The notes under the pieces are model-generated. The model ran no database searches. It saw only the letters and a program-made list of their open reading frames with translations, and was not told the origin of the DNA. The translations under genes were made by a program, and so were the position numbers. Positions 9,213 through 18,002 of a stretch of DNA of 64,000 bases are shown in pieces. The first letter of the stretch is position 1. Each line of letters opens with the position of its first letter. The stretch covers positions 47,086-111,085 of the forward strand of contig JBBTTA010000001.1 in assembly GCA_038064475.1 (NCBI GenBank), given 5' to 3'. This stretch comes from Patescibacteria group bacterium. GTDB lineage: Bacteria; Patescibacteriota; Minisyncoccia; Phycocordibacterales; EsbW-18.

Positions 9213-9629
9213 CTATCGTTTTGACCACTGCGGTGCCCTACGCGCTTTGCGCAAACCGAACTTCTTTCGTTCAACCTTACGTGGGTCTCGCTTAAGAAAT
9301 CCTGCTTGTTTCATTTCGCTGCGGAGATCTGGCAAAAGTGCGATGATTGCACGTGTTGCACCCAAACGAATTGCTTCAGCTTGAGCACTGATACCTCCAC
9401 CCTTTACATGTGCTGTCACGGTTGATGACTTGCGCATGTTTGCTTTTACCAATGCTTCTTCAGCAACGCGCTGAAATTCAGCTACAGGAAAATACTCCGT
9501 AAGATCACGGTCGTTCACCTTAAATGATGGCTTTGCGCTTTCAGTAATGCGCACGCGAGCAATCGCATTCTTGCGGCGTCCAATACCCTCTTGGTATCGA
9601 TCTTTTTTCTTTGTGTGAGCAGTTGTCAT
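9213..9629 (-). CDS. rpsI: 30S ribosomal protein S9
   Basis: GRRKNAIARV, GGGISAQAEAIR, C-terminal QWSKR. Confidence 0.98.
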   Translation of the reverse strand: MTTAHTKKKDRYQEGIGRRKNAIARVRITESAKPSFKVNDRDLTEYFPVAEFQRVAEEALVKANMRKSSTVTAHVKGGGISAQAEAIRLGATRAIIALLPDLRSEMKQAGFLKRDPRKVERKKFGLRKARRAPQWSKR

Positions 9630-9630
9630 A

Positions 9631-9972
9631 TTAGTCTTCGAGGATAAGGTTTTTCATCATAACAGGACGGAGACGGTTGCCAGGAAGCATACCGTAGACA
9701 GCTTTGCGAAGCACCTCGCTCATTCCTTTCGTTTCAATGACGTGTGCCATTGTTTCGTGCTTCAAACCTCCTGGGTACCCACTGTAACGAACGTATGACG
9801 TCTTCAATGCCTTTCCAGGTCGGAGTGAAATCTTTGACACGTTAATTACTTTCACCTGTGCGTCAGGAACCATGTGTCGGCGGTATGTTGGTGATTCTTT
9901 ACCCATAAGTTGTCGTGCAATTGCACTTGCAACACGTCCGAAAACTTTGTTTTGTGCGTCAATCGTAATCAT
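9631..9972 (-). CDS. rplM: 50S ribosomal protein L13 (short form)
   Basis: IDAQNKVFGR, YSGYPGGLK, AVYGMLPGN; start at ATG 9972 avoids overlap with rplQ. Confidence 0.93.
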   Translation of the reverse strand: MITIDAQNKVFGRVASAIARQLMGKESPTYRRHMVPDAQVKVINVSKISLRPGKALKTSYVRYSGYPGGLKHETMAHVIETKGMSEVLRKAVYGMLPGNRLRPVMMKNLILED

Positions 9973-9976
9973 ATGT

Positions 9977-10333
9977 TTATACAAATTCAATCATAGCCAT
10001 AGGCGCAGCATCTGATGCGCGAGTTCCAAGCCGTGTAATACGTGTGTAACCACCTGCTCGGCCTACGTACTTTGGAGCAACAGTCTCAACCAGTTTCTTC
10101 GTCACACTTCGTTCGTTTGTTCCCAAGCGAGAAAGGATAAGACGTGTGTTTGCGAGTGTTGGATTCTTTGCACGTGTCACGAGCTTTTCAACGTAGGGAC
10201 GAATTTCTTTTGCGCGAGGCAACGTCGTCTTGATTGAACCGTTCTTGATAAGCGCAATCGCCAAAGAGCGCATGAACGCTGAACGCTCCCCTGTTTCTCG
10301 TCCAAATTTTCTGTTGGCGTTTCCGTGTCGCAT
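9977..10333 (-). CDS. rplQ: 50S ribosomal protein L17
   Basis: MRHG...IKTTLPRAKE...GGYTRI. Confidence 0.98.
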   Translation of the reverse strand: MRHGNANRKFGRETGERSAFMRSLAIALIKNGSIKTTLPRAKEIRPYVEKLVTRAKNPTLANTRLILSRLGTNERSVTKKLVETVAPKYVGRAGGYTRITRLGTRASDAAPMAMIEFV

Positions 10334-10334
10334 A

Positions 10335-11306
10335 TTATTGTTTCAATGTAATACCGTAGTTCGCAAGTGCGCGGCGAATTTCCTGCAAGCCCTTATCACC
10401 CAATCCTTCGAGTTCAAGAAGGTCCGCCTCTCGCTTGCGTACCAAACCACCAACCGTACGAATGTTTGCGCTTGTGAGGGCATTCATCGTGCGTGTTGAG
10501 AGGTCGAGTGAATCAACGCGTGTCTTCAAAAATTCTTTGTTGTCGCCTTCGTCTGCAGCACCCCCCATCTGTACATCAGGAACATCTGGTGACATTGAGA
10601 ATGGCTCGTCAATCACTTCTTCTTCAAAACCAACAATTGCTTTCAATTGCTTGATCATAATAGCGATTGACTGTTCAAGTGCGGCACGTGGTGTAAGTGT
10701 TCCATCAGTTTCGATGAATACCTTAAGACGGTTGTAGTCTGTTCGGTCACCCACACGCATGTTTTCAACTTCATATGTTGCGCGGCGAATTGGTGTAAAG
10801 ACTGCATCAAGTGCAATCGTGCCAATTTCAACCTTGTCCTTGTGCACGAGTTCTTTTGGAACGTAGCCAAGACCCTTTTCAATACGCATTTCAATTTCCA
10901 ACTTCTTTTTGTCAGTGAGCGTACAAATGTATGCGTCTCCGTTCAACACACGAACCTGACCAGGAACCGTAATATCAGCCGCAGTTACTTCCTTAGGACC
11001 TGTAACCGTAAGTGTTACGGTTTGTGCTTCTTCCCCTGTAAGTTCAAAACGAACTTGCTTCAAACGGAGCAAGAGAGACACGACGTCTTCTTTCACGCCT
11101 TCAATTGTTGAAAATTCGTGAGGAATACCGTCAATCTTAACTGTGGTAATCGCAGCTCCTGGAATTGATGAGAGAATAATACGGCGAAGCGAGTTACCAA
11201 GCGTGTGCCCGTAGCCCGGATACAAACCGTCAATCTGGTACATTCCTGCGTTATCTTTTTCTGTCACAACCTTTGGCTGTGATGGAAGATGAATTGTATT
11301 GTCCAT
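10335..11306 (-). CDS. rpoA: RNA polymerase alpha subunit
   Basis: GYGHTLGNSLRRIILSSIPG, HEFSTIEGVKEDV, C-terminal domain present. Confidence 0.98.
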   Translation of the reverse strand: MDNTIHLPSQPKVVTEKDNAGMYQIDGLYPGYGHTLGNSLRRIILSSIPGAAITTVKIDGIPHEFSTIEGVKEDVVSLLLRLKQVRFELTGEEAQTVTLTVTGPKEVTAADITVPGQVRVLNGDAYICTLTDKKKLEIEMRIEKGLGYVPKELVHKDKVEIGTIALDAVFTPIRRATYEVENMRVGDRTDYNRLKVFIETDGTLTPRAALEQSIAIMIKQLKAIVGFEEEVIDEPFSMSPDVPDVQMGGAADEGDNKEFLKTRVDSLDLSTRTMNALTSANIRTVGGLVRKREADLLELEGLGDKGLQEIRRALANYGITLKQ

Positions 11307-11333
11307 AACTCAATCAAAAATTAATTACAATTA

Positions 11334-11948
11334 CTATCGTGAATAATATTCAATCACTGAACGAAAATTAAATGCCGATGTCGCTTCATCAAGGTTCGGC
11401 TGACCTCCCACCCTCCAACCTCCCTTCTTCTCATCGAAGGCAATCCATGCGGGAGACTGGTGTTCTTTAAGCTTCTCTGCCCCAAGCATAAACAACGGCT
11501 TGCCTGAGCTACCGCCACGGATACCCACCACATCTTCAACACTCACTTGGTGTGATGGAACGCGGATGCGCTTTCCATTAACCAAAAGGTGACCGTGTGC
11601 AACCATCTGACGAGCTGCACGATGTGTAGGAGCAAGACCGGCGCGGTAGGCAATGTTGTCGAGGCGAGATTCGAGGCGTGTGTAAAGGTGCGAAACAGGG
11701 TTTCCTTTGAGTTCCGTTGCGTGCTTCACGTATGCAGCAAACTGACGTTCAGTCATACCATAGTAAAGACGGACGCGCTGTTTTTCACGAAGAGCGAGGT
11801 TGAATGCTGAAATGTTTTTCTTGTGCTTATCTTTCTTTGCTGCATTTTTCTTGCGAGCCTCTGACATTGCAAAGCGATCTGTCTGTGTTTGATCAAACAC
11901 AGCAGGTCCAAGTCGGCGTCCAATTTTGAATCGTTTTGGTCGAAGCAT
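11334..11948 (-). CDS. rpsD: 30S ribosomal protein S4
   Basis: LREKQR, LESRLDN, ARQMVAHGH, IEYYSR. Confidence 0.97.
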   Translation of the reverse strand: MLRPKRFKIGRRLGPAVFDQTQTDRFAMSEARKKNAAKKDKHKKNISAFNLALREKQRVRLYYGMTERQFAAYVKHATELKGNPVSHLYTRLESRLDNIAYRAGLAPTHRAARQMVAHGHLLVNGKRIRVPSHQVSVEDVVGIRGGSSGKPLFMLGAEKLKEHQSPAWIAFDEKKGGWRVGGQPNLDEATSAFNFRSVIEYYSR

Positions 11949-11960
11949 AATGTTAGTTTA

Positions 11961-12037
11961 GAAGTTCATTGGTTTCGTTCGCTCCGCTCTCTCCTTTGTT
12001 TCCTTCGTAACTTCAAGCGGAGCGGAACGTATACCTT
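11961..12037. repeat. 77-bp dispersed hairpin repeat, copy 1
   Basis: 64/77 ungapped identity (manual count) to 12887-12963. Confidence 0.85.
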
Positions 12038-12041
12038 AGTC

Positions 12042-12473
12042 CTACACGCGGCGTGGTTTCTTAGGTCGTGGGCCGTTAAATGGAAGCGGTGTTCGATCTT
12101 CCAGAAATGTTATAACCGCACCTGACTTTGCGACAAATGAACGGATTGCTGATTCGCGACCAGCACCAACACCCTTCACAATCACACCAACTTCGCGAAC
12201 ACCGAGCTCCTTTGCGAAATCACCAACGTGCTCACCAACCTTTGCGGCTGCAAAAGGAGTTCCCTTCTTTGCACCCTTAAAGCCAAGTGAACCTGATGAT
12301 GACCAACTAATGATATTGCCAGCTGCATCTGAGAGGGCGAGCTTTGTGTTGTTGTACGTAGCCTCAATGTGAATCACACCTGTGTCGAGGCGCTTACGTG
12401 AAGATTTAGCACCACCCTTTGCAGTGCCTTCTCCTACCTTTGTTGTTTCTGTTTTTACGCGAATTTTACCCAT
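12042..12473 (-). CDS. rpsK: 30S ribosomal protein S11
   Basis: ATYNNT, GFKGAKKGTPFAA, GAGRESAIR, PKKPRRV. Confidence 0.98.
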   Translation of the reverse strand: MGKIRVKTETTKVGEGTAKGGAKSSRKRLDTGVIHIEATYNNTKLALSDAAGNIISWSSSGSLGFKGAKKGTPFAAAKVGEHVGDFAKELGVREVGVIVKGVGAGRESAIRSFVAKSGAVITFLEDRTPLPFNGPRPKKPRRV

Positions 12474-12490
12474 AAACGATTTTGAAAATA

Positions 12491-12871
12491 CTACTTGAGT
12501 TCAACCTTACGCTTACCAGAACCCATAGTCTTACGAACGTTACCGCGAACAGTGCGTGAATTTGTCTTTGTGCGTTGTCCGTGCACAGGAAGTTTTCGAG
12601 AGTGGCGCATACCACGGTATGCCATGATGTCCTTCAAACGCTTGATGTTAGAACCAACTTCACGCTTGAGGTCTCCCTCAAGAACGAATTGCTCGAGGCT
12701 CTTACGAATTGCCTGCTCTTCTTTTTCAGAAAGATCGCCGGCCTTTTTCATAAAATCAACATCTGCTTCTTTCAACACCTTCTCTGCGCGTGCGCGTCCA
12801 ATGCCGTACACCGTTGTGAGTGCAAAAGAAATTCGTTTCTTATCTGGAAGTGTAATACCTGCGATACGCAT
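12491..12871 (-). CDS. rpsM: 30S ribosomal protein S13
   Basis: RIAG..LP, YGIG, YRGMRH..LPVHGQRTKTNSRT. Confidence 0.98.
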   Translation of the reverse strand: MRIAGITLPDKKRISFALTTVYGIGRARAEKVLKEADVDFMKKAGDLSEKEEQAIRKSLEQFVLEGDLKREVGSNIKRLKDIMAYRGMRHSRKLPVHGQRTKTNSRTVRGNVRKTMGSGKRKVELK

Positions 12872-12886
12872 AAGTTTATTCGTTGG

Positions 12887-12963
12887 GAAGTTTGTTGGTT
12901 TCGTTCGTTTTGCTCACTTCTTGGTTTCCTTCATAACTTCGAGCGGAGCGAAACTGATACCTT
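12887..12963. repeat. 77-bp dispersed hairpin repeat, copy 2
   Basis: Same-orientation copy of 11961-12037. Confidence 0.85.
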
Positions 12964-12967
12964 TGGG

Positions 12968-13081
12968 CTATCCCTGTCGCTGCTTATGACGGGGGTTTTC
13001 ACAGACAACATGCAAACGACCCTGTCGACGGACAAGCTTACATTTGTTGCATCGTTTTGCTACGGCAGATTTTACTTTCAT
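12968..13081 (-). CDS. rpmJ: 50S ribosomal protein L36
   Basis: Manual translation [37 protein letters not shown]; below the ORF-track cutoff. Confidence 0.97.
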   Translation of the reverse strand: MKVKSAVAKRCNKCKLVRRQGRLHVVCENPRHKQRQG

Positions 13082-13227
13082 ATATAAATGCTCTGTTGTC
13101 TGTGGCTACAAATACCGGCGGAGAAATAAAAACCGCCTTGATGGTCTCTTTCCAAGGTCGGGCTCAAACAGTACCCCCGAGGTAAGCTAGACTGAAAAAG
13201 TGTAACACAGGGCGTGGCCTTCTGCAA
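13082..13227 (-). promoter_or_regulatory. Promoter and ~110-nt leader of the rpmJ-rpsM operon
   Basis: TTGCAG-17-TACACT at 13199-13227. Confidence 0.6.
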
Positions 13228-13248
13228 CACCCCCTATCTCCCAAACCC

Positions 13249-13506
13249 TTAAAGACGGCGGGTAATTCGGGGCTTACCTCCGTACTCATCCAAAAGCACC
13301 TCAACTGAGTCCCCAACGAGCACACGGATGCGGTTCATACGCATTTTTCCAGAGAGATAGCCGATAGCCAGAAAGCCCTCCTCTGTCTCAGGGATTGTGT
13401 AATATTCAGGGATTACTTCTTTTTCAAACTTAAGGCGAAAGTGAGCGTTTGCGAGGGCTTCAATGACGAGTGCTTTAACGGTGATTCCTTTTGATTCTGA
13501 TGGCAT
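13249..13506 (-). CDS. infA: Translation initiation factor IF-1 with loop insertion
   Basis: VIEALANAHFRL...SGKMRMNRIRVLVGDSVEV; upstream of rpmJ. Confidence 0.9.
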   Translation of the reverse strand: MPSESKGITVKALVIEALANAHFRLKFEKEVIPEYYTIPETEEGFLAIGYLSGKMRMNRIRVLVGDSVEVLLDEYGGKPRITRRL

Positions 13507-13507
13507 A

Positions 13508-14830
13508 TTACTCGTTTGTTGCGTCAACTATTTCGATTGTCTCTGGGTCATCGGGAAGGCTGCGGCTCCAAAATGGTTGAATGGCAATGTCTGCGTTCTC
13601 GATTGCAGGATATTCTACAAATACAGCATCCGTCATGGTGCGGCGTACACCGGCAAGATCCATTTTGAGTTCTTCTGCATCGTACGTCCAAATAATATTT
13701 GCAGGACCGGCGACGCGAATCTCAAATGTTGCTGGGATGTCCGTTACTGTTACAGGTTTTGGAAGCGTAATCGAGAGTGTACCTGTGTTTTCAAGGCGGA
13801 CACCTTCACCTTCATACGAAGCGATACGATCGTCTGCGATTGATCGAGCAAGCGCATTACCATCAATTGCAATACCCCGTGTTACTGACTTCATACGGAT
13901 ATTTACTGTTGCTTCTGTTGCACCGTCTGTGTTTGGTAGATCCTCAAACGCTACAGCAACCGTCTCAGGAAGGATGATAAAACCAGCTGGCAAATCACTC
14001 GAGAGTGATATAGCTCCACCTGCTTCAAGAAGCTCCTTAAGCTCTGTTTGGGCGCTTGCAGTAACGTTTTTATCTGCTGTGCGAACTGTACCGATAAAGC
14101 CCCCTGTCATTGTCGTTTTTGAGCGTGCGTAGAACTTGTCAAAACGAGGATCCTTTGATTCCTTGAATCCAGGAATCGTGAAGTCAGAAAGGCCAATGTT
14201 GTACTCCTCTCCTGGGCTGTCAGCAAATACTTCAGCCTCAACACTTCCGGGAACCCTCTTTCCGTCAGCACCTTTTGTCTGACCAGGAACGGTTACGGAG
14301 TCGCGAATGCGGAAAATCTTTCCGTCTGGGGTTTCAAAACGAGTGTTTTTGATGAGTTTCTGTGACGATGTGTCAAAATCGTTGTAGATAACAATGACAC
14401 CTGTCGCAGCACGTTCAATACGATCCTCACCTGTTGCAGCAACTTCTTTTGATTCCTCTTTCGAAACTTCAACGATTTCGTAAGGGATATTCTCTCCCGT
14501 GAGTCCTACCGTGCCTGTATCATTCAAGTTTACCAATGCGTGGCGAGCACCAATAGCCACGCGAGCGCCCTCGAAGAATGAGCCGACAATCAAAAAGAGG
14601 ATAACGAGCGCAATCGCCCCAACACCTACCCAAATACCGATGCGTACCCACTTGCGTTTTGTTTGTGCGCGACGTGGTGAAAATGGTGTGAAGTTATTTG
14701 GACCTCCGCCATTTTCTTGTGGCGGTACCTGTGGTGACGATGCCCCTATGTCACTTCCTGATGTTGTTTGTGGTCGATCAATTGAGATGTTTCGTATTGA
14801 TCGCTTTTCAGATGAAAAAATGTCTTGCAT
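13508..14830 (-). CDS. Membrane-anchored hypothetical protein with baseplate-J/gp47-like central domain
   Basis: One TM segment, then ATGVIVIYN, TRFETPDGKIFR, VEAEVFADSPGEEYNIG, MTGG. Confidence 0.65.
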   Translation of the reverse strand: MQDIFSSEKRSIRNISIDRPQTTSGSDIGASSPQVPPQENGGGPNNFTPFSPRRAQTKRKWVRIGIWVGVGAIALVILFLIVGSFFEGARVAIGARHALVNLNDTGTVGLTGENIPYEIVEVSKEESKEVAATGEDRIERAATGVIVIYNDFDTSSQKLIKNTRFETPDGKIFRIRDSVTVPGQTKGADGKRVPGSVEAEVFADSPGEEYNIGLSDFTIPGFKESKDPRFDKFYARSKTTMTGGFIGTVRTADKNVTASAQTELKELLEAGGAISLSSDLPAGFIILPETVAVAFEDLPNTDGATEATVNIRMKSVTRGIAIDGNALARSIADDRIASYEGEGVRLENTGTLSITLPKPVTVTDIPATFEIRVAGPANIIWTYDAEELKMDLAGVRRTMTDAVFVEYPAIENADIAIQPFWSRSLPDDPETIEIVDATNE

Positions 14831-14902
14831 TGAAGTTGCTACAACGTGAGTTTTCTAATAAACGTTGTACCCCTATCATAGCACGATACTATGTGGAAAA
14901 CG

Positions 14903-16117
14903 CTAGTCTTTTTTGGGGTCTGCAGAGAGTGTTTGGGCGTAGAGGGTTGCCACAGCGATACGAGGATCGAGCTTTTTGACTGCTCCAGCGGCCTTACAGA
15001 AAGGTGCCAAAATGTGCTTATTCATTGCCGTGACATCAAAAGCCGAGGAACCCGATTTTCCAAATAATTCCCCCCGCTCAAGGGTTTTTTTGAACACATC
15101 GCTTTCTTCATCGGTAATAAGGAAGAGCGCACGTGGCAAAGCGCCACTTCCAGAAAAAACCTTTACTGTTTCGCGAAGGTATCCTGCCCATGTGCTACAT
15201 GCTTTTTCAAGCGCCTGTCGAGACTCCTCTTTTATATCTCCACGGAGTGTTTCGAGATGTTGTGTGTTGAGAAGTGATTCTGCTTCCTCAGGCAGACAAG
15301 AAAGATCCTTTGCGAGGGAACGAATGATGTGTGCTCGTCCCCACGGGAACGATGCGGTATCCCGAAGAATCTCACCGCGCGCGTACGCAATATCGGTTAT
15401 CTCTTCCCCTGCACAGATAAGCAAGAAATCCTTTCCTACGGCAAATGCGTCCCGAACGGTTGAGAAGAATGCTAAAGGCAATGAGTGGTGAGAAATATCT
15501 TTTGCATGCACAAAACGATTCACAATTTCTTCAATCTTCTCTCGAAACTGTTTTTCAAGCGCACTCACAAAGAGCGTCATGGTTAATTTCTGTGTCTTTT
15601 TTCCAAAAGGAGTATCAATGTCGTATCCATTAAGCGCAATATTGGTGACGCGTTCTTCGATAACAGACATTTCTGATGTCACACGCGCTTCCGCAAGAAC
15701 GCTCGATGTCACCATATTCTGTGTTTCCTTGCTTACTGATTCTTGCACAAGCTTTTCCGTCACCACAAAAGGCGTGTCGTTCGTAATCGTCAGTGTTTTT
15801 GCTTGTGAGAGATGCCATGGTGAGGCATACACAATATGAATTTCATCAATCAATCCTTTTTGGATACGACGCGATGTGATGTGTGGCAAACCATCTCGAA
15901 CCAATGTGTCACAGGCCCCCGTAAGAGCTTCAAATACATTCTTCTCAAGTACCTCGGACCGTACTTTTTCTTGGAAGGGCAATGTTTTTTGTACTTGGTA
16001 CACAACAACGGGAGGTCGGTGTTCCATTGCCAAAGCAAGGCCGACCGTCACGGTTCCGCTTTCAATGGAGATCGTACAAATACTACGTTCAGGTTTGTGA
16101 GAAGAAAAAAGTGACAC
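14903..16117 (-). CDS. Divergent FtsA/PilM-like actin-fold protein
   Basis: ISIESGTV; NIALNGYDIDTP; ICAGEEITDIA..FPWG; nucleotide-binding motifs degenerate. Confidence 0.6.
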   Translation of the reverse strand: MSLFSSHKPERSICTISIESGTVTVGLALAMEHRPPVVVYQVQKTLPFQEKVRSEVLEKNVFEALTGACDTLVRDGLPHITSRRIQKGLIDEIHIVYASPWHLSQAKTLTITNDTPFVVTEKLVQESVSKETQNMVTSSVLAEARVTSEMSVIEERVTNIALNGYDIDTPFGKKTQKLTMTLFVSALEKQFREKIEEIVNRFVHAKDISHHSLPLAFFSTVRDAFAVGKDFLLICAGEEITDIAYARGEILRDTASFPWGRAHIIRSLAKDLSCLPEEAESLLNTQHLETLRGDIKEESRQALEKACSTWAGYLRETVKVFSGSGALPRALFLITDEESDVFKKTLERGELFGKSGSSAFDVTAMNKHILAPFCKAAGAVKKLDPRIAVATLYAQTLSADPKKD

Positions 16118-16126
16118 GGTACAAAA

Positions 16127-16231
16127 AATACTACATTCAGTGTAGCATTTATTGACGACGTAGCGCGAGTGAAAAGAAAGTGGATATATTTTCTTTTCCG
16201 AGCCGAGGAGCTAGGAAGGACGTCTTCGTCC
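16127..16231. other. Structured intergenic element downstream of alaS
   Basis: GACGACGT...ACGTCTTCGTC encloses GAAAAGAAA/TTTCTTTTC; extra hairpin 16127-16150. Confidence 0.5.
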
Positions 16232-18001
16232 TTATGACAAAACTGCTTTGATGCGGCGGACGCCTGCAGACGATGCTTCTTCTTTTTGAATTGAAAATGT
16301 ACCTAAATCTTTAAGTGTTTCAACGTGTGGCCCACCACAAAACTCTTTGCTGATAACCGTACCGTCGGGTCGTTCAATGAAATAAATAGACACAACATTA
16401 GGATACTTTGTACCGAATTCCATCTGAGCGCCTATGTGTTCAGCTTCTTCGAGTGGCATTTCGCGTCGTACCACGAACAATTCTTCACTAATCCAGTTAT
16501 TAACGAGTGTTTCAACTGCCTGTTTTTGTTCATCGGTCATCTTCTCTCCGTGCGAGAAGTCAAAGCGCAATCGTTCCGAGGTGATGTTACTTCCCCGCTG
16601 TTTTACGTGATCTCCAAGTACTTGTCGTAGTGCTGCACCCAAAAGATGTGTTGCGGTGTGATATTTGATCGACATTTCTGATGTGTCCCCCATACCACCT
16701 TTGAATTTTTGCTCTGCCCCAGCGCGAGAAAGGTTTTGGTGTTTTTTCATCTCTATATCCATTTCTTCTCTCAAAAATGAAAAACCTCGGGCGCGCGCTA
16801 CTTCAGACGCCATATCTATTGGCAAACCAAAACTTGCCGTCGCCTTGAACACATCAGCAACGCTTTTGATTTCCATTTTTTCAAATTCTTTGAGTCCTCG
16901 CGCAAGCGTCTCCGCAAATTTCTCACTTTCTTTGAAGAACTCTTCCGTGATGAATCCGTGGTGTGCATAGAGTTCCCTGTACACATCATGATATGTGAGA
17001 GCGACTGCCTCGACGAGGTCCTTAACCGCCTGATGCGGAATTGTTTTTGCGTCAGTATTAAAGACCGCACGACGGATGAGACGGCGAAGCACATAACCGC
17101 GATCGGTGTTCAACGGTACAACACCTTCAGAAAGCATAAACACAGCTGTGCGCACGTGATCTGCAATAATGCGCTGACTACGTACACTTGTCGCAAGTGT
17201 TTTTGAAACTTCCATTATCTTTTCAAAGATGTCTGTGTCAAAAATATTGTCTTTGTTTTGGAGCACAGCACACACACGTTCAAAACCAGAACCCGTATCA
17301 ACGTTTTTGTGTTCGAGCATACCAACAACAACGTCGTCCTTCTTGAGGTATTCCATAAACACATCATTCCAAATCTCAACAATCTTTTGATCGTTATCTG
17401 CTTTCAAAAATTCTTCTTTCGTTAAGCCGCTCGTCAACGTGCCGGTGAGATCGTAAAACATTTCAGTGTCAGGACCACATGGGCCATTTGGACCCGGCTG
17501 CCACCAATTTTTTTCAGCAGGCATAAAGTAGATACGCTCACCTTCGATACCCGCCTCTTTGAAAAGAGTTCGCCAAATCTCTGCAGATTCTTCATCTTGC
17601 GGTGCATCATCATTGCCTTCAAAACAAGTCACATAGAGTCGGTGCGGATCCAATCCAAAGCCTTCCTCTTTTGACGTCAGGAGCTCAAAGCTCCAACGAA
17701 TGGCGTCTTCTTTAAAATAGTCGCCTAAAGACCAGTTCCCCATCATTTCAAAGAATGTTGCGTGTGTATTGTCACCCACTTCATCAATATCGCCTGTACG
17801 TACACATTTCTGGAAGTTTGCGAGACGCGCGCCTGATGGGTGTTTCTCTCCTAAGAGATACGGTACCAATGGCTGCATGCCTGCAGTTGTAAAGAGAACT
17901 GATGGATCATTTGACGGCAACAAAGACGCAGACGGGATAACTGTGTGTCCACGCTTTTCAAAAAATGCTAGGAATCGTTTTCGTATCTCTTTCGAATGCA
18001 T
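16232..18001 (-). CDS. alaS: Alanyl-tRNA synthetase, minimal form without C-Ala domain
   Basis: LFTTAGMQP, FEMMGNWS, GPCGP, HTATHLL, EFCGGPHV. Confidence 0.97.
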   Translation of the reverse strand: MHSKEIRKRFLAFFEKRGHTVIPSASLLPSNDPSVLFTTAGMQPLVPYLLGEKHPSGARLANFQKCVRTGDIDEVGDNTHATFFEMMGNWSLGDYFKEDAIRWSFELLTSKEEGFGLDPHRLYVTCFEGNDDAPQDEESAEIWRTLFKEAGIEGERIYFMPAEKNWWQPGPNGPCGPDTEMFYDLTGTLTSGLTKEEFLKADNDQKIVEIWNDVFMEYLKKDDVVVGMLEHKNVDTGSGFERVCAVLQNKDNIFDTDIFEKIMEVSKTLATSVRSQRIIADHVRTAVFMLSEGVVPLNTDRGYVLRRLIRRAVFNTDAKTIPHQAVKDLVEAVALTYHDVYRELYAHHGFITEEFFKESEKFAETLARGLKEFEKMEIKSVADVFKATASFGLPIDMASEVARARGFSFLREEMDIEMKKHQNLSRAGAEQKFKGGMGDTSEMSIKYHTATHLLGAALRQVLGDHVKQRGSNITSERLRFDFSHGEKMTDEQKQAVETLVNNWISEELFVVRREMPLEEAEHIGAQMEFGTKYPNVVSIYFIERPDGTVISKEFCGGPHVETLKDLGTFSIQKEEASSAGVRRIKAVLS

Positions 18002-18002
18002 A

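Noticed and set aside
11961-12963. CRISPR array or composite transposon
   Set aside because: Only two copies separated by ribosomal genes; no spacers, cas genes or transposase
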